Under the pieces are notes generated by a model. That model searched no databases. It worked only from the letters and a program-made list of their open reading frames with translations, and was not told where the DNA came from. A stretch of DNA of 61,372 nucleotides, counting the filler. It is 4 parts of 4 records of this genome, joined end to end, with 100 filler letters (N's around TTAATTAATTAA, not from the genome) between each part and the next. Parts side by side here need not be neighbours in the genome. Positions count along the whole stretch, not along the records: positions 23,895 to 44,317 come from DRR723986_11710; positions 44,418 to 52,133 come from DRR723986_11712; 2 more parts are not named here. One strand, written 5' to 3'. Shown piece after piece: positions 40,012 to 49,800 of the stretch (position 1 is its first letter; every line of letters starts with the position of its first letter). The position numbers and the translations under genes were made by a program.

Positions 40012-41775
40012 ATGCCCCGTCTTCGCTTGGCTATGGCCCAAACAAATCCCACCGTGGGAGATCGCTTAGGCAACGTCACCGCGTTGCTCGCTATGGCACG
40101 CACGGCGTATGACCAGGGAGCCCAGGTCTTCCTCACTGGCGAGTTAGCGCTCACCGGGTACCCGATCGAAGATCTGGCACTGAGAGATAATTTCCTCGCC
40201 CTTTCTGACCAAGCGCTTCATGCCTTTGCTCACTCCCTGCAAGACGAAGGCATGGGCGATATGGCGGTAATCGTGGGCCACCCCAGTGGGCCCCATGACG
40301 TAGACGATGACCCCACGTTGTTACATTCCCCAGCTCGTGCCCAAAACCGTGCCAGCGTGCTTCTTGGCGGTGTCGTGGCGGCTAGTTACGCGAAGCACCA
40401 TTTGCCCAACTACGCCGTATTTGACGAATTTCGCACCTTTGTTCCTGGCGACACCGGCTTGATTCTTCGCGTGGGCGGAGTTGATCTTGGCGTGGTGATT
40501 TGTGAGGATCTCTGGCGAAGCGACGGACCCGTTGCCTCCCTGACGCCCTATCCCCTGGGCGCGCTATTGGTCCCCAATGCCTCGCCTTTTGAGCGCGACA
40601 AAGACACCGTTCGGGAACCCCTGGTCAGAACGAGGGCCCGGGAAATGAACACCACCGTGTGTTACGTCAATATCGTGGGTGGCCAAGACGACCTGGTCTT
40701 CGATGGTGACAGCATGATTATTGATCCCTCGGGCACACGACTAGCCAGTGGCCCCCGTTTTCACGAATCACTCATTCTGTGCGACCTTGAACTTGACGCC
40801 GCTGACCCCCACGCAGCGCTTCCAGAACACACGGACCTCGTCACCTTGGAGGTTCGCGAGCCTGGCACCCAAGCACTCACGGTGACTCCACTGCCACCCA
40901 CTAACGATTTAGAAATCTTGTGGGACGCGTTGGTGACCGGGACGCGTGACTATGTTGACAAGAATCGTTTCCCCAGCGTCATCTTGGGGCTCTCCGGCGG
41001 AATAGATTCCGCTGTGTGTGCCGCGATTGCCGCCGATGCGCTGGGCGGCGATCGGGTCTATGGGGTGAGTATGCCTAGCGTCCACTCCAGCGGGCATTCC
41101 CAGGATGACGCGGGGGTGCTGGCGAGAAATATTGGTCTGCACTACCGCACAGAACCCATTGCAGAACTGGTGGCAGCCTTTGACAACCAACTGGGTCTCA
41201 CGGGGCTTGCGGCAGAAAATGTACAAGCCCGAGCCCGTGGCGTCGTGTTGATGGCGCTATCGAATCAGGAAGGCCATTTGGTTCTCACCACCGGCAACAA
41301 ATCTGAACTCGCGGTCGGATATTCCACCATCTATGGTGACTCCGTGGGCGGGTTTGCTCCTATCAAAGATGTGCCCAAAACGCTGGTGTGGGAACTAGCC
41401 CGTTGGAGAAACGCTCATGCTCTCGCCCACGGTGAGACTCCCCCGATTCCCCAGGAATCCATCGACAAGCCACCCAGTGCCGAGTTGCGTCCAGACCAGA
41501 GCGACCAGGACAGCCTGCCCGAATACGACCTCTTGGATGAAATCTTGGACCTGCTGGTGGTTCAAGGTTTGGACCTACCGCAGATCGTGGCCCAAGGCTT
41601 TGATGAGGAGCTGGTCTCCGAAATTGTCGGCCTTGTGGCCCGGGCGGAATGGAAAAGGCGACAAGGAGCAATTGGGCCTCGGATTTCCAGTGTGGCTTTT
41701 GGCCGCGATCGCCGTCTTCCCATCACCAGCTCACTAACGACCTTTGACCGGGGTGCTCAGCACCCGGGCGAGTAG
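40012..41775 (+). CDS. nadE: Glutamine-dependent NAD+ synthetase
   Basis: Nitrilase domain (EL..GY, KHHLPNY..FDE, ICEDLW) plus SGGIDS, ENVQAR, TGNKSE, PSAELRPDQ. Confidence 0.95.
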   Translation: MPRLRLAMAQTNPTVGDRLGNVTALLAMARTAYDQGAQVFLTGELALTGYPIEDLALRDNFLALSDQALHAFAHSLQDEGMGDMAVIVGHPSGPHDVDDDPTLLHSPARAQNRASVLLGGVVAASYAKHHLPNYAVFDEFRTFVPGDTGLILRVGGVDLGVVICEDLWRSDGPVASLTPYPLGALLVPNASPFERDKDTVREPLVRTRAREMNTTVCYVNIVGGQDDLVFDGDSMIIDPSGTRLASGPRFHESLILCDLELDAADPHAALPEHTDLVTLEVREPGTQALTVTPLPPTNDLEILWDALVTGTRDYVDKNRFPSVILGLSGGIDSAVCAAIAADALGGDRVYGVSMPSVHSSGHSQDDAGVLARNIGLHYRTEPIAELVAAFDNQLGLTGLAAENVQARARGVVLMALSNQEGHLVLTTGNKSELAVGYSTIYGDSVGGFAPIKDVPKTLVWELARWRNAHALAHGETPPIPQESIDKPPSAELRPDQSDQDSLPEYDLLDEILDLLVVQGLDLPQIVAQGFDEELVSEIVGLVARAEWKRRQGAIGPRISSVAFGRDRRLPITSSLTTFDRGAQHPGE

Positions 41776-41784
41776 GCTTGCACC

Positions 41785-42600
41785 ATGAGTGAGGCCACCA
41801 AGCGCGTTCGAGTGCGTCATTTTGCCAAGGCAAAGGCGGAAGGCATCCGGATTACCGGGTTGACCAGCTATGACTACCTCAGCGCCGGGATTTTTGACCG
41901 CGCTGGTGTGGATTTTCTGTTGGTTGGGGATTCTGCTGCCAACGTCGTGTTTGGTTACGACAGCACCGTGCCCGTGACCATTGAGGAACTTATTCCCCTG
42001 TGCCGCGGAGTCGTGCGAGGAGCCCAGCGCGCGCTCGTCGTGGCGGATATGCCCTTTGGGTCTTACGAAGCTAGTCCCGACGAAGCACTCCACACCGCCG
42101 TTCGCTTCATGAAGGAATCCGGAGTCCACGCGGTCAAGCTCGAGGGTGGTGTCCGCTCCGGGCCCCACATCGAGCGCATCGTCTCTGCCGGTATTCCCGT
42201 GATGGCACATATTGGTTTTACTCCCCAATCTGAGCATGGCCTCGGAGGGCACGTGGTTCAGGGCCGCGGGTCTGGCAAAGAACAACTCTTGGCCGATGCT
42301 CGAGCCGTAGAAGAAGCCGGCGCATTCGCCGTGGTGATCGAAATGGTGCCCAGCGATGTGGCGGCCGAGGTCACCAAGGCCATCGGGATTCCGACCATCG
42401 GTATTGGCGCTGGCCCCGACACGGATGGCCAAATACTGGTGTGGACGGACCTAGCGGGTCTTTCCACCAAGCGAGTTCCTCGCTTCGTCAAGCAGTACGC
42501 GTCTCTGGAGTCGACTCTTCACGACGCGGTGAGTCAATGGCGATCCGATATCGATGCTGGAGTGTTCCCCGGACCAGAGCACAGTTTCAACGGCGACTAG
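41785..42600 (+). CDS. panB: 3-methyl-2-oxobutanoate hydroxymethyltransferase
   Basis: LTSYD, LVGDS, ADMPFGSY, VKLEGG, HIGFTPQ, IGIGAG. Confidence 0.96.
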   Translation: MSEATKRVRVRHFAKAKAEGIRITGLTSYDYLSAGIFDRAGVDFLLVGDSAANVVFGYDSTVPVTIEELIPLCRGVVRGAQRALVVADMPFGSYEASPDEALHTAVRFMKESGVHAVKLEGGVRSGPHIERIVSAGIPVMAHIGFTPQSEHGLGGHVVQGRGSGKEQLLADARAVEEAGAFAVVIEMVPSDVAAEVTKAIGIPTIGIGAGPDTDGQILVWTDLAGLSTKRVPRFVKQYASLESTLHDAVSQWRSDIDAGVFPGPEHSFNGD

Positions 42601-42773
42601 TCGCTGCTTTCGTCTTCTTCCCACGCCCTAGCGCGTTCACGCGCAATCTCTGGAGCTCGTCGTGCGTCGGCTTCACTGGCGAAGGGGCCATCGCGATCAG
42701 AACCCAACGATTGACGTCCCTGCTCTACTTCGCCGGTTTTGTGGTTGTACCACCACTGGATCTTGTCGGCCAC
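42597..42773 (-). CDS. Small 58-aa protein (below ORF-track cutoff)
   Basis: GAGGGAG SD plus GTG; MADKIQWWYNHKTGEVEQGRQSLGSDRDGPFASEADARRAPEIARERARAWEEDESSD; fills the panB-map gap exactly. Confidence 0.75.
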   Translation of the reverse strand: MADKIQWWYNHKTGEVEQGRQSLGSDRDGPFASEADARRAPEIARERARAWEEDESSD

Positions 42774-42800
42774 AGGTGCTCCCTCGATTAGAATGGTGTG

Positions 42801-43667
42801 GTGCCCAAAAATGCTGAAGGATCATTGATTCCCGGCATTGTCGGACCTGCCCGAAGTGTACCGGGCAGTATCACTCGCCCGGAATATGTGGGTAGGCAAG
42901 CACCAGCGGAACACCTCGGAGACGACGTGTATACCGAAGAAGAAATTGAGCGAATCCGGCGCGCTGGAGCTATCGCCGCCGGGGCTATTGAGGCAGCGGG
43001 CGCGGCGGTGAAGCCCGGGGTGACCACCAATGAACTCGATGCGATCGCCCACGAGTATGTCCTGAGTTTTGATGCCTATCCCTCGACCCTGGGTTATCGC
43101 GGCTATCCCAAGTCCTGCTGCACGTCGCTCAACGAGGTCATTTGTCACGGTATCCCCGATAACACGGTCTTAGAAGACGGCGACATCGTCAATATCGATA
43201 TCACCGCGTTCAAAGAGGGCATGCACGGTGATTTGAACAAAATGTTTGTGGCCGGGGAACCCAGCGAGGAAGCCAGACTTCTGATCGAGCGCACAGAAGA
43301 ATCTCTGCGGCGAGGAATCAAGGCTGTGGCCCCGGGGCGGCAGATTAACGTCATCGGACGGGCCATCGAAGCGTACGCGTCACGCTTTGGCTATGGCGTT
43401 GTGCGAGACTTCACCGGTCACGGTGTGGGGTCGTCTTTTCACTCCGGGCTGATCATCCCCCACTACGACGCCGCACCGCTGTATGACCAGGTGATGGTGC
43501 CAGGAATGGTGTTCACCATTGAGCCGATGCTCACCCTGGGAGATATTAGTTGGGACATGTGGTCGGATGGCTGGACAGTCACCACCCGAGATAAGAAACT
43601 CTCCGCACAGTTCGAACACACCCTGGTGGTGACCCAGACGGGAGCAGAAATATTAACGCTTCCCTAA
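42801..43667 (+). CDS. map: Type I methionine aminopeptidase
   Basis: [40 protein letters not shown]. Confidence 0.96.
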   Translation: MPKNAEGSLIPGIVGPARSVPGSITRPEYVGRQAPAEHLGDDVYTEEEIERIRRAGAIAAGAIEAAGAAVKPGVTTNELDAIAHEYVLSFDAYPSTLGYRGYPKSCCTSLNEVICHGIPDNTVLEDGDIVNIDITAFKEGMHGDLNKMFVAGEPSEEARLLIERTEESLRRGIKAVAPGRQINVIGRAIEAYASRFGYGVVRDFTGHGVGSSFHSGLIIPHYDAAPLYDQVMVPGMVFTIEPMLTLGDISWDMWSDGWTVTTRDKKLSAQFEHTLVVTQTGAEILTLP

Positions 43668-44317
43668 ACCAGGCGATTGGCATTGATATCGGTGGCACCG
43701 GCATCAAAGGCGGCCGAGTCAATCTCGATACCGGAGAGCTGACCTCTGACCGGGTGAAGTATGCAACCCCGGAAGGAGGTCACCCCGATGACATCCTCTC
43801 GGTGGTCGCACAAATTTTGGAGGACTTAGAAGCCAGCGCACGCGAGCACCTGGGCGTGTGTGTTCCCTCGGTCGTGACCCACGGGATGACGCGCTCGGCG
43901 GCCAACATATCGCCCGACTGGATTGATTTTGCTGCTGAAGAAACGTTTTCCACTTCTCTCAACCACACCACTCATTTCATCAATGACGCTGATGCCGCGG
44001 GCTTCGCCGAAGCCAGATTGGGTGCTGCCCGAGGGATTGCTGGCATGACAATCCTGACGACGCTGGGAACAGGAATCGGATCTGCTCTGCTGGTCGATGG
44101 CGAGCTGATTCCCCATTCCGAATTAGGCCACCTCGAACTCGATGGCACCGATGTCGAGCACCGGATGTCCAACGCCGCGCGGGAGCGAGAAGGTCTGAGC
44201 TTCGCAGTGTGGGGAGAAAGGCTCACCAGCTTTTACGCCCATTTGGAAAAAATCTTCAGCCCGGAGCTTTTTGTGATCGGAGGAGGAATTTCAGCCCAGC
44301 ACGCCGAGTTCTTCCCC
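43652..44317 (+). CDS. ppgK: Partial polyphosphate glucokinase (ROK family); start codon unclear
   Basis: In-frame [12 protein letters not shown] at 43676 lies upstream of the ORF-track start; [22 protein letters not shown]; truncated by the contig end. Confidence 0.85.
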
Positions 44318-44417
44318 NNNNNNNNNNNNNNNNNNNNNNNNNNNNNNNNNNNNNNNNNNNNTTAATTAATTAANNNNNNNNNNNNNNNNNNNNNNNNNNN
44401 NNNNNNNNNNNNNNNNN
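44318..44417. other. Artificial contig linker
   Basis: N44-TTAATTAATTAA-N44. Confidence 0.99.
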
Positions 44418-44497
44418 CTGTGCGGAACAAGTAACCCACGCCGAGTTGGCCAGAAACCGCAACGGTGACCATTCAAGTTCAGCTCGCAGTCACCCAG

Positions 44498-45055
44498 TCA
44501 ATCGATCACATACCGCACTTCGACAATCTCAAGCTCATCACGCCCTGCAGGTGTCATCAATTGCACAACATCGCCCTCTTTTGCTTTCAACAACGCACGC
44601 GCCACCGGAGAAATCCAGCTGATGTGACCCTTGGCAGTGTCTACCTCATCAACGCCCACTATTTTTACAGTCAGTTCCTCACCTTTTGAATTGATGTAGG
44701 TGACTGTAGCGCCGAAGAAAATGCTCTCAAGTTCCTGCTGCGTGGCGGGGTCTACTACCTCTGCAATTTCAGTGCGCTTGGTAAGAAAACGAATTCGGCG
44801 ATCAATTTCACGCAGGCGTTTTTTGCCGTACAGGTAATCTCCATTCTCGGAGCGATCCCCATTGGACGCCGCCCAAGACACCACAGACACCACTTCGGGC
44901 CTCTCGGTTTTCACAAGATGGGTAAGTTCGTCGCGCAAGCGGCGGTAACCTTTGGGTGTGATGTAATTTTTCAAGCCTTGAGGCAAGGCCGGGCTCGCAT
45001 CGGGACCGTCGTCCTCGAATTCTGAATCGTTTTCTTTGGTGAAAGCTTTGCTCAT
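44498..45055 (-). CDS. greB: Transcription elongation factor GreB
   Basis: MSKAFTKE, NYITPKG, WAASNGDRSENGDY, ISWISPVARAL. Confidence 0.95.
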   Translation of the reverse strand: MSKAFTKENDSEFEDDGPDASPALPQGLKNYITPKGYRRLRDELTHLVKTERPEVVSVVSWAASNGDRSENGDYLYGKKRLREIDRRIRFLTKRTEIAEVVDPATQQELESIFFGATVTYINSKGEELTVKIVGVDEVDTAKGHISWISPVARALLKAKEGDVVQLMTPAGRDELEIVEVRYVID

Positions 45056-45157
45056 GTCTTTTCTCGTGAATTGCCCGACTAGACAGCCTCAGCAGAAGTG
45101 TGCAGGATACAGGAAAGCGGTCGTTTCTTTGCCAATCACACCATCATAAATCCTTCA

Positions 45158-46876
45158 ATGACGACAGAACAGGAAGCGCCAAGAATCATTGTTGTCGACG
45201 ACAGCGACGATGACTTTCTTTTGATCAAGCGGCAGCTGACAAAAACCTGGCACACCGCCGTTGTCCGGCATGCCCACAGCGAGGAAACGCTGAGAACAAC
45301 ACTGGATGACCTCGAACCCGACCTGGTGATCTGCGACTATTCCATGCCTCAACTGACGCACGACAGAGCCATCGAGATGGTTCAGACCCTGCGACCTGAA
45401 ACGCCCATGATTCTGCTTTCTGGACTGGCCAGCGACGCCCTGGGTGTACAAGCCATGCATGAAGGAGTGCGCGACTATGTGGAAAAATCCAAACCCGAGC
45501 GCCTGATTCCGGCCGTCCGCCGGGAAATACACACTCACCGGCTTCGCCGGGAAAAACTATTGCTTGAGCAGGCCCACAGGCGGGCAGTCTACTTTGATGC
45601 AGCCACCGGTTTTTTGAACCGCCAAGGATTGGTAAAAACCCTCTCTGGTCTAAGCACAAATTCTGGTGAGGACAATGACCTGTGCCTGTTGAGCGTGAAC
45701 GTGTCGAGAAACCAGGCACGCCGCCCTGAGGTGGACCCACGCATCCGGCGCAACATGCTGGAAAAAATTGTGGAACGGATTCGGGACACCTTCAAACAGG
45801 ACATTCTCTGTCGATGGTCTGACAATGTGCTGGTGGTGTTAACCAACAAGCTGGACTGGAATGCGGACAACACTTCGGTGGCGGATACCCTGTGTGAGTT
45901 TGAGGCGAACCTGAACCGCGTATTTACTGTTGACAACATTGCAGTGCGGCCCAATATGCGTTTGGGGCTGGCGCGCCCCGGCGTGCATGGTCAACATGCA
46001 GCCGAGCTGGTCACGCATGCGCAGTCGGTGGCGCATGTGATCGAATCGCGCGGCTTGGAACTGTTGAATGTTCTGGATGCGGAAATCCATGACCTCGCCA
46101 AACGCCGAAAAACGATTGAACTGGGCTTGGCCAAAGGGATTGAAAGCAACGAACTGGTGTTGGACTTTCAGCCGATTGAAGATCTTAAAACGGGCCGTAT
46201 TTGCGGTCTTGAGGCCTTGGTGAGATGGACCCACCCCGAATTGGGTCGGATCATGCCAAGCGAGTTTATTGGCGTTGCCGAAGATTCAGGCTTGATTGAT
46301 GCACTGGGTGACTGGGTGATTGAATCGAGCAGCAAAAAAGTGCTGGAGTTGCATCAACAAGGGCACATGCTCTGGTGCGCGGTCAATTGCTCGGCGGGGC
46401 AATTGCTGAACCCGGAGTTTCCGGCCAAAGCCCAACAAACCATTCGCCATGCAGGGCTTGATCCCAAGTGGATTGAGTTTGAAGTCACCGAATCGGCAGC
46501 AATCGATGACATGAGCCGCACCGTGGACGCGCTCAAGAAACTGAAGGCGCAGGGTTCGCAAATTGCCATGGATGATTTTGGTACTGGCTATGCTTCGCTG
46601 AACTACTTGCGCCAACTGCCCGTGGATGTCCTGAAAATCGACAAAAGCTTTGTGATGGATTTGCTCGAGGACAAAAACAGCCACATGATTGTAAAAGCCG
46701 TGATTGACCTTGCGCATGCATTGGGCCTGATTGTGCATGCTGAGGGGATTGAAACTGCAGAGCAGCGCGAGAGCCTCATCCAGATGGGATGCGACAGGCT
46801 TCAAGGCTATTGGTTTTCGCGTCCTATGGACCTGGAGAGCCTGAAAAACTGGCTCAACAAGACCGGGCTTCAGTGA
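45158..46876 (+). CDS. REC - degenerate GGDEF - EAL c-di-GMP phosphodiesterase
   Basis: VVDD, CDYSMP; GGDEF position reads RWSDNV; EALVRW, EVTES, DDFGTGYASL, AEGIET, QGY. Confidence 0.88.
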   Translation: MTTEQEAPRIIVVDDSDDDFLLIKRQLTKTWHTAVVRHAHSEETLRTTLDDLEPDLVICDYSMPQLTHDRAIEMVQTLRPETPMILLSGLASDALGVQAMHEGVRDYVEKSKPERLIPAVRREIHTHRLRREKLLLEQAHRRAVYFDAATGFLNRQGLVKTLSGLSTNSGEDNDLCLLSVNVSRNQARRPEVDPRIRRNMLEKIVERIRDTFKQDILCRWSDNVLVVLTNKLDWNADNTSVADTLCEFEANLNRVFTVDNIAVRPNMRLGLARPGVHGQHAAELVTHAQSVAHVIESRGLELLNVLDAEIHDLAKRRKTIELGLAKGIESNELVLDFQPIEDLKTGRICGLEALVRWTHPELGRIMPSEFIGVAEDSGLIDALGDWVIESSSKKVLELHQQGHMLWCAVNCSAGQLLNPEFPAKAQQTIRHAGLDPKWIEFEVTESAAIDDMSRTVDALKKLKAQGSQIAMDDFGTGYASLNYLRQLPVDVLKIDKSFVMDLLEDKNSHMIVKAVIDLAHALGLIVHAEGIETAEQRESLIQMGCDRLQGYWFSRPMDLESLKNWLNKTGLQ

Positions 46877-46877
46877 G

Positions 46878-48017
46878 TTAGATGCGAACGGCTGAACGTC
46901 CGCCGATTTTCGAGAGGTAATCAAGCAGACGCTTGGCGATCATGTTCAGTGGCACCACCTCATCGGCGGCACCCAGGGCGATTGCTTCGCGCGGCATGCC
47001 GAATACCACGGAGCTGGCCTCGTCCTGGCAAATATTGTAGGAACCCGCTTTTTTCATGTCAGCCATGGCCTGTGCACCGTCTTTGCCCATCCCGGTAAGC
47101 ATGATGCCCACGATATTGCGTGGCGAGACTTCCTGGCCTGACTTGAACAGCACTTCCACCGACGGGCGATGACGGTTGACCGGCTCAGAATCCGAAAGCT
47201 GACAAATGTAGTTGGCACCACTTCGCCCCAACAACAGGTGTTTGTCACCTGGCGCGATGTAGGCATGACCTGGCAACACGCGCTCACCGTGCACGGCTTC
47301 TTTCACAGTGATGTTGCACACCTGGTTTAAACGATCTGCAAAGCTTTTGGTAAAACCGGCAGGCATGTGTTGAGTGATCAAAATCGCAGGGCTGTCTTTG
47401 GGCAGTTGCTCCAGAATGACTCGAATGGCTTCGGTGCCGCCAGTAGATGAACCGATCAATACCAGCTTCTCAGTGGCTGCAAAGCGGTTGCCAAGTGCAT
47501 TGTTGGTGGGCACGGGCTTGGCCGCCTCGGCAGGAACAACCATGCCGGTCACCGGATCAGTTTGCGCTGCTGCTGGTTGAACAGCAGACTTTGGGGGCAG
47601 CCGGTTCAGACGAAAACGCGCAGCATAGGCGGCACGAATTTTGTCGGTAATTTCGTTGGCATAATCGATCATGCCTTGGCTGATGTCCAGTTTGGGTTTG
47701 GTCACGAAATCAACTGCTCCAAGTTCAAGGGCGCGGAAGGTTACATCGGTTCCACGTTCGGTCAGTGTAGACACCATCAACACCGGCGTGGGCCGCAAAC
47801 GCATGATTTTTTCAAGAAACTCAATGCCATCCATTTTTGGCATTTCAATGTCGAGTGTAATCACATCGGGATTGAATTTCTTGATTTGATCTCTGGCAAT
47901 GAATGGATCGGGTGCCGTGGCCACGGTCTCCATGTCGCGCTGTGAATTGATGATCTTGCTCATCAGGTTTCGGATCAAGGCCGAGTCGTCTACCACCAAC
48001 ACTTTGATTTTGTTCAT
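46878..48017 (-). CDS. cheB: Chemotaxis methylesterase CheB
   Basis: REC domain plus [24 protein letters not shown]. Confidence 0.96.
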   Translation of the reverse strand: MNKIKVLVVDDSALIRNLMSKIINSQRDMETVATAPDPFIARDQIKKFNPDVITLDIEMPKMDGIEFLEKIMRLRPTPVLMVSTLTERGTDVTFRALELGAVDFVTKPKLDISQGMIDYANEITDKIRAAYAARFRLNRLPPKSAVQPAAAQTDPVTGMVVPAEAAKPVPTNNALGNRFAATEKLVLIGSSTGGTEAIRVILEQLPKDSPAILITQHMPAGFTKSFADRLNQVCNITVKEAVHGERVLPGHAYIAPGDKHLLLGRSGANYICQLSDSEPVNRHRPSVEVLFKSGQEVSPRNIVGIMLTGMGKDGAQAMADMKKAGSYNICQDEASSVVFGMPREAIALGAADEVVPLNMIAKRLLDYLSKIGGRSAVRI

Positions 48018-48028
48018 CTCACTGGCCC

Positions 48029-48631
48029 TTAGAAAAACACAATGTCGCCATTGACGGGGTCTTTGTTGATCTTCTCGCTGTAACGCTTTTCCTGCTGCAA
48101 GGCGGCTGAATTGGCACTGGCCACTCGCTCAACGCGCACTGCACTGGTTTGGGTATTGAAACGAATGCGACGGCTGTGCGGTCCACCCAAATCGGATGCA
48201 ACTACTTTGATTCTGTCTTTCCGCAAAAAATCGATCACGAACTCGGCATTGCGGCGTCCAACGTGCTGAGTGTGCAAGGCGCCTGTAATGTTGGCACCTC
48301 CGAACACTTTGGCAGTGAGATGCTCTCGCTTGGCGCCCATGGTCAACAAGTCGTTGATCAAGCATTCCATGGCATAGAGGCCATAACGCAAGGACTTGGT
48401 TTTGTCGCCCAGGCTGCGGGCCTCAGAAGGTGAATCCGGCAGCATGAAATGATTCAGGCCCCCAATCTTTCGATGACTGTCCCACACACAAGCGGAAACA
48501 CAGGAGCCCAGCAAGGTGGCAATTTCCGCAGGAGCCCATGACACGAAGTAATCGCCGGGCATGATGATTTTCTTCACCAGCGCTGGTGCAGCAGGTGCTG
48601 CAACCGGTGCAGCCAAAAGCCCGGTACTCAT
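48029..48631 (-). CDS. cheD: Chemoreceptor glutamine deamidase CheD
   Basis: [30 protein letters not shown]. Confidence 0.93.
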   Translation of the reverse strand: MSTGLLAAPVAAPAAPALVKKIIMPGDYFVSWAPAEIATLLGSCVSACVWDSHRKIGGLNHFMLPDSPSEARSLGDKTKSLRYGLYAMECLINDLLTMGAKREHLTAKVFGGANITGALHTQHVGRRNAEFVIDFLRKDRIKVVASDLGGPHSRRIRFNTQTSAVRVERVASANSAALQQEKRYSEKINKDPVNGDIVFF

Positions 48632-49620
48632 GCAGTAACCTGACGCGACTGACCTTCACCACCTGTGCCGGTTTTCGCGGCCTTGTCAGTGTTGACGGTG
48701 TATACGGTTTTACCACGCAGGGTGAAATAGTCTCGCGCCATGGCAAAATTCTCAGAGTGACCTGCGTACAACAAGCCATTTGGATTCATCAGAGGAGCAA
48801 ACCGCTTGAGGATTTGCAACTGCACATCTTTCTCAAAATAGATCATGACATTCCGACAGAAAATGGCATCAAAGCCGGGTCGCAGGGACCAGACATTGTC
48901 CATCAGGTTCAGCTTTCGGAATGTCAACAATGCTTGCACCTCGGGGCGTACACGGATCAAGCCTTCGCTTTCGCCTTTCCCCTTCAAAAAATACTTGCGC
49001 AGGATTTCATCGGGAATTTTGTCGACCTGGTCCATGCGGTACACGCCTTTTTTGGCATGGTCCAACACCTTGGTATCAATGTCGGTGGCCAGAATACGCA
49101 CGGGCGGATTCATGCTATTGAAGGCTTCCATGGCGGTAATCGCCATGGTGTAGGGCTCTTCACCGGTTGACGCTGCGCTGCACCACAACTCAATTCGCGC
49201 ATTGCGTGAAAGCGATTGCAACTGTTTTTTCAGAATGTCGAAATGATGTGCCTCACGGTAAAAGGATGTGAGGTTGGTGGTCAGCGAATTGGTGAAGTGC
49301 TCCCATTCCGGGTTGCTTGCATTGGACTCCAGCGCATCCAGATAGGTGGAAAAACGGTTGTGGTTACAGGCGCGCAAGCGACGGGCCAATCGGCTGTACA
49401 CCATGCTTTGTTTGCTGGGTGCCAGTGAAATTCCCGCAATTTTCAGGATGAGCGCGCGTACCCGGGCAAAGTCCTTGTCATTGAACTCGAATTCACGGTC
49501 GGCATTGTCATCGCTTAACAAACTGCGATTGACCGCTGCGGCGGCCTGTTTTGCACCGGCTACAGCATCGTTGGCGTATTGGGCTTTGGAGAATTCAAAT
49601 TTCACTGGGGGTCGGTTCAT
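48628..49620 (-). CDS. cheR: Chemotaxis methyltransferase CheR
   Basis: TTNLTSFYRE, ASTGEEPY, ATDID, FCRNVMIYF, GHSE. Confidence 0.95.
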   Translation of the reverse strand: MNRPPVKFEFSKAQYANDAVAGAKQAAAAVNRSLLSDDNADREFEFNDKDFARVRALILKIAGISLAPSKQSMVYSRLARRLRACNHNRFSTYLDALESNASNPEWEHFTNSLTTNLTSFYREAHHFDILKKQLQSLSRNARIELWCSAASTGEEPYTMAITAMEAFNSMNPPVRILATDIDTKVLDHAKKGVYRMDQVDKIPDEILRKYFLKGKGESEGLIRVRPEVQALLTFRKLNLMDNVWSLRPGFDAIFCRNVMIYFEKDVQLQILKRFAPLMNPNGLLYAGHSENFAMARDYFTLRGKTVYTVNTDKAAKTGTGGEGQSRQVTA

Positions 49621-49800
49621 CAGGGCCTTTGTCGCGGGGTTAACACAATTTGGGAGGTGCCCCGACGCGAATGAGTTCTATACCCTGATATGTTCCGATA
49701 AGATGAACAAAATAATGCAAGGATTAAAACCTTGAAAGGGCGTTATCTCTCGCTTTGATCCTGCACACAACAATAAAAACCAACAACAAGCGAACAGACA

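Noticed and set aside
45580-46080. Active diguanylate cyclase domain
   Set aside because: The GGDEF signature is replaced by WSDNV; degenerate GGDEF-EAL hybrids are common
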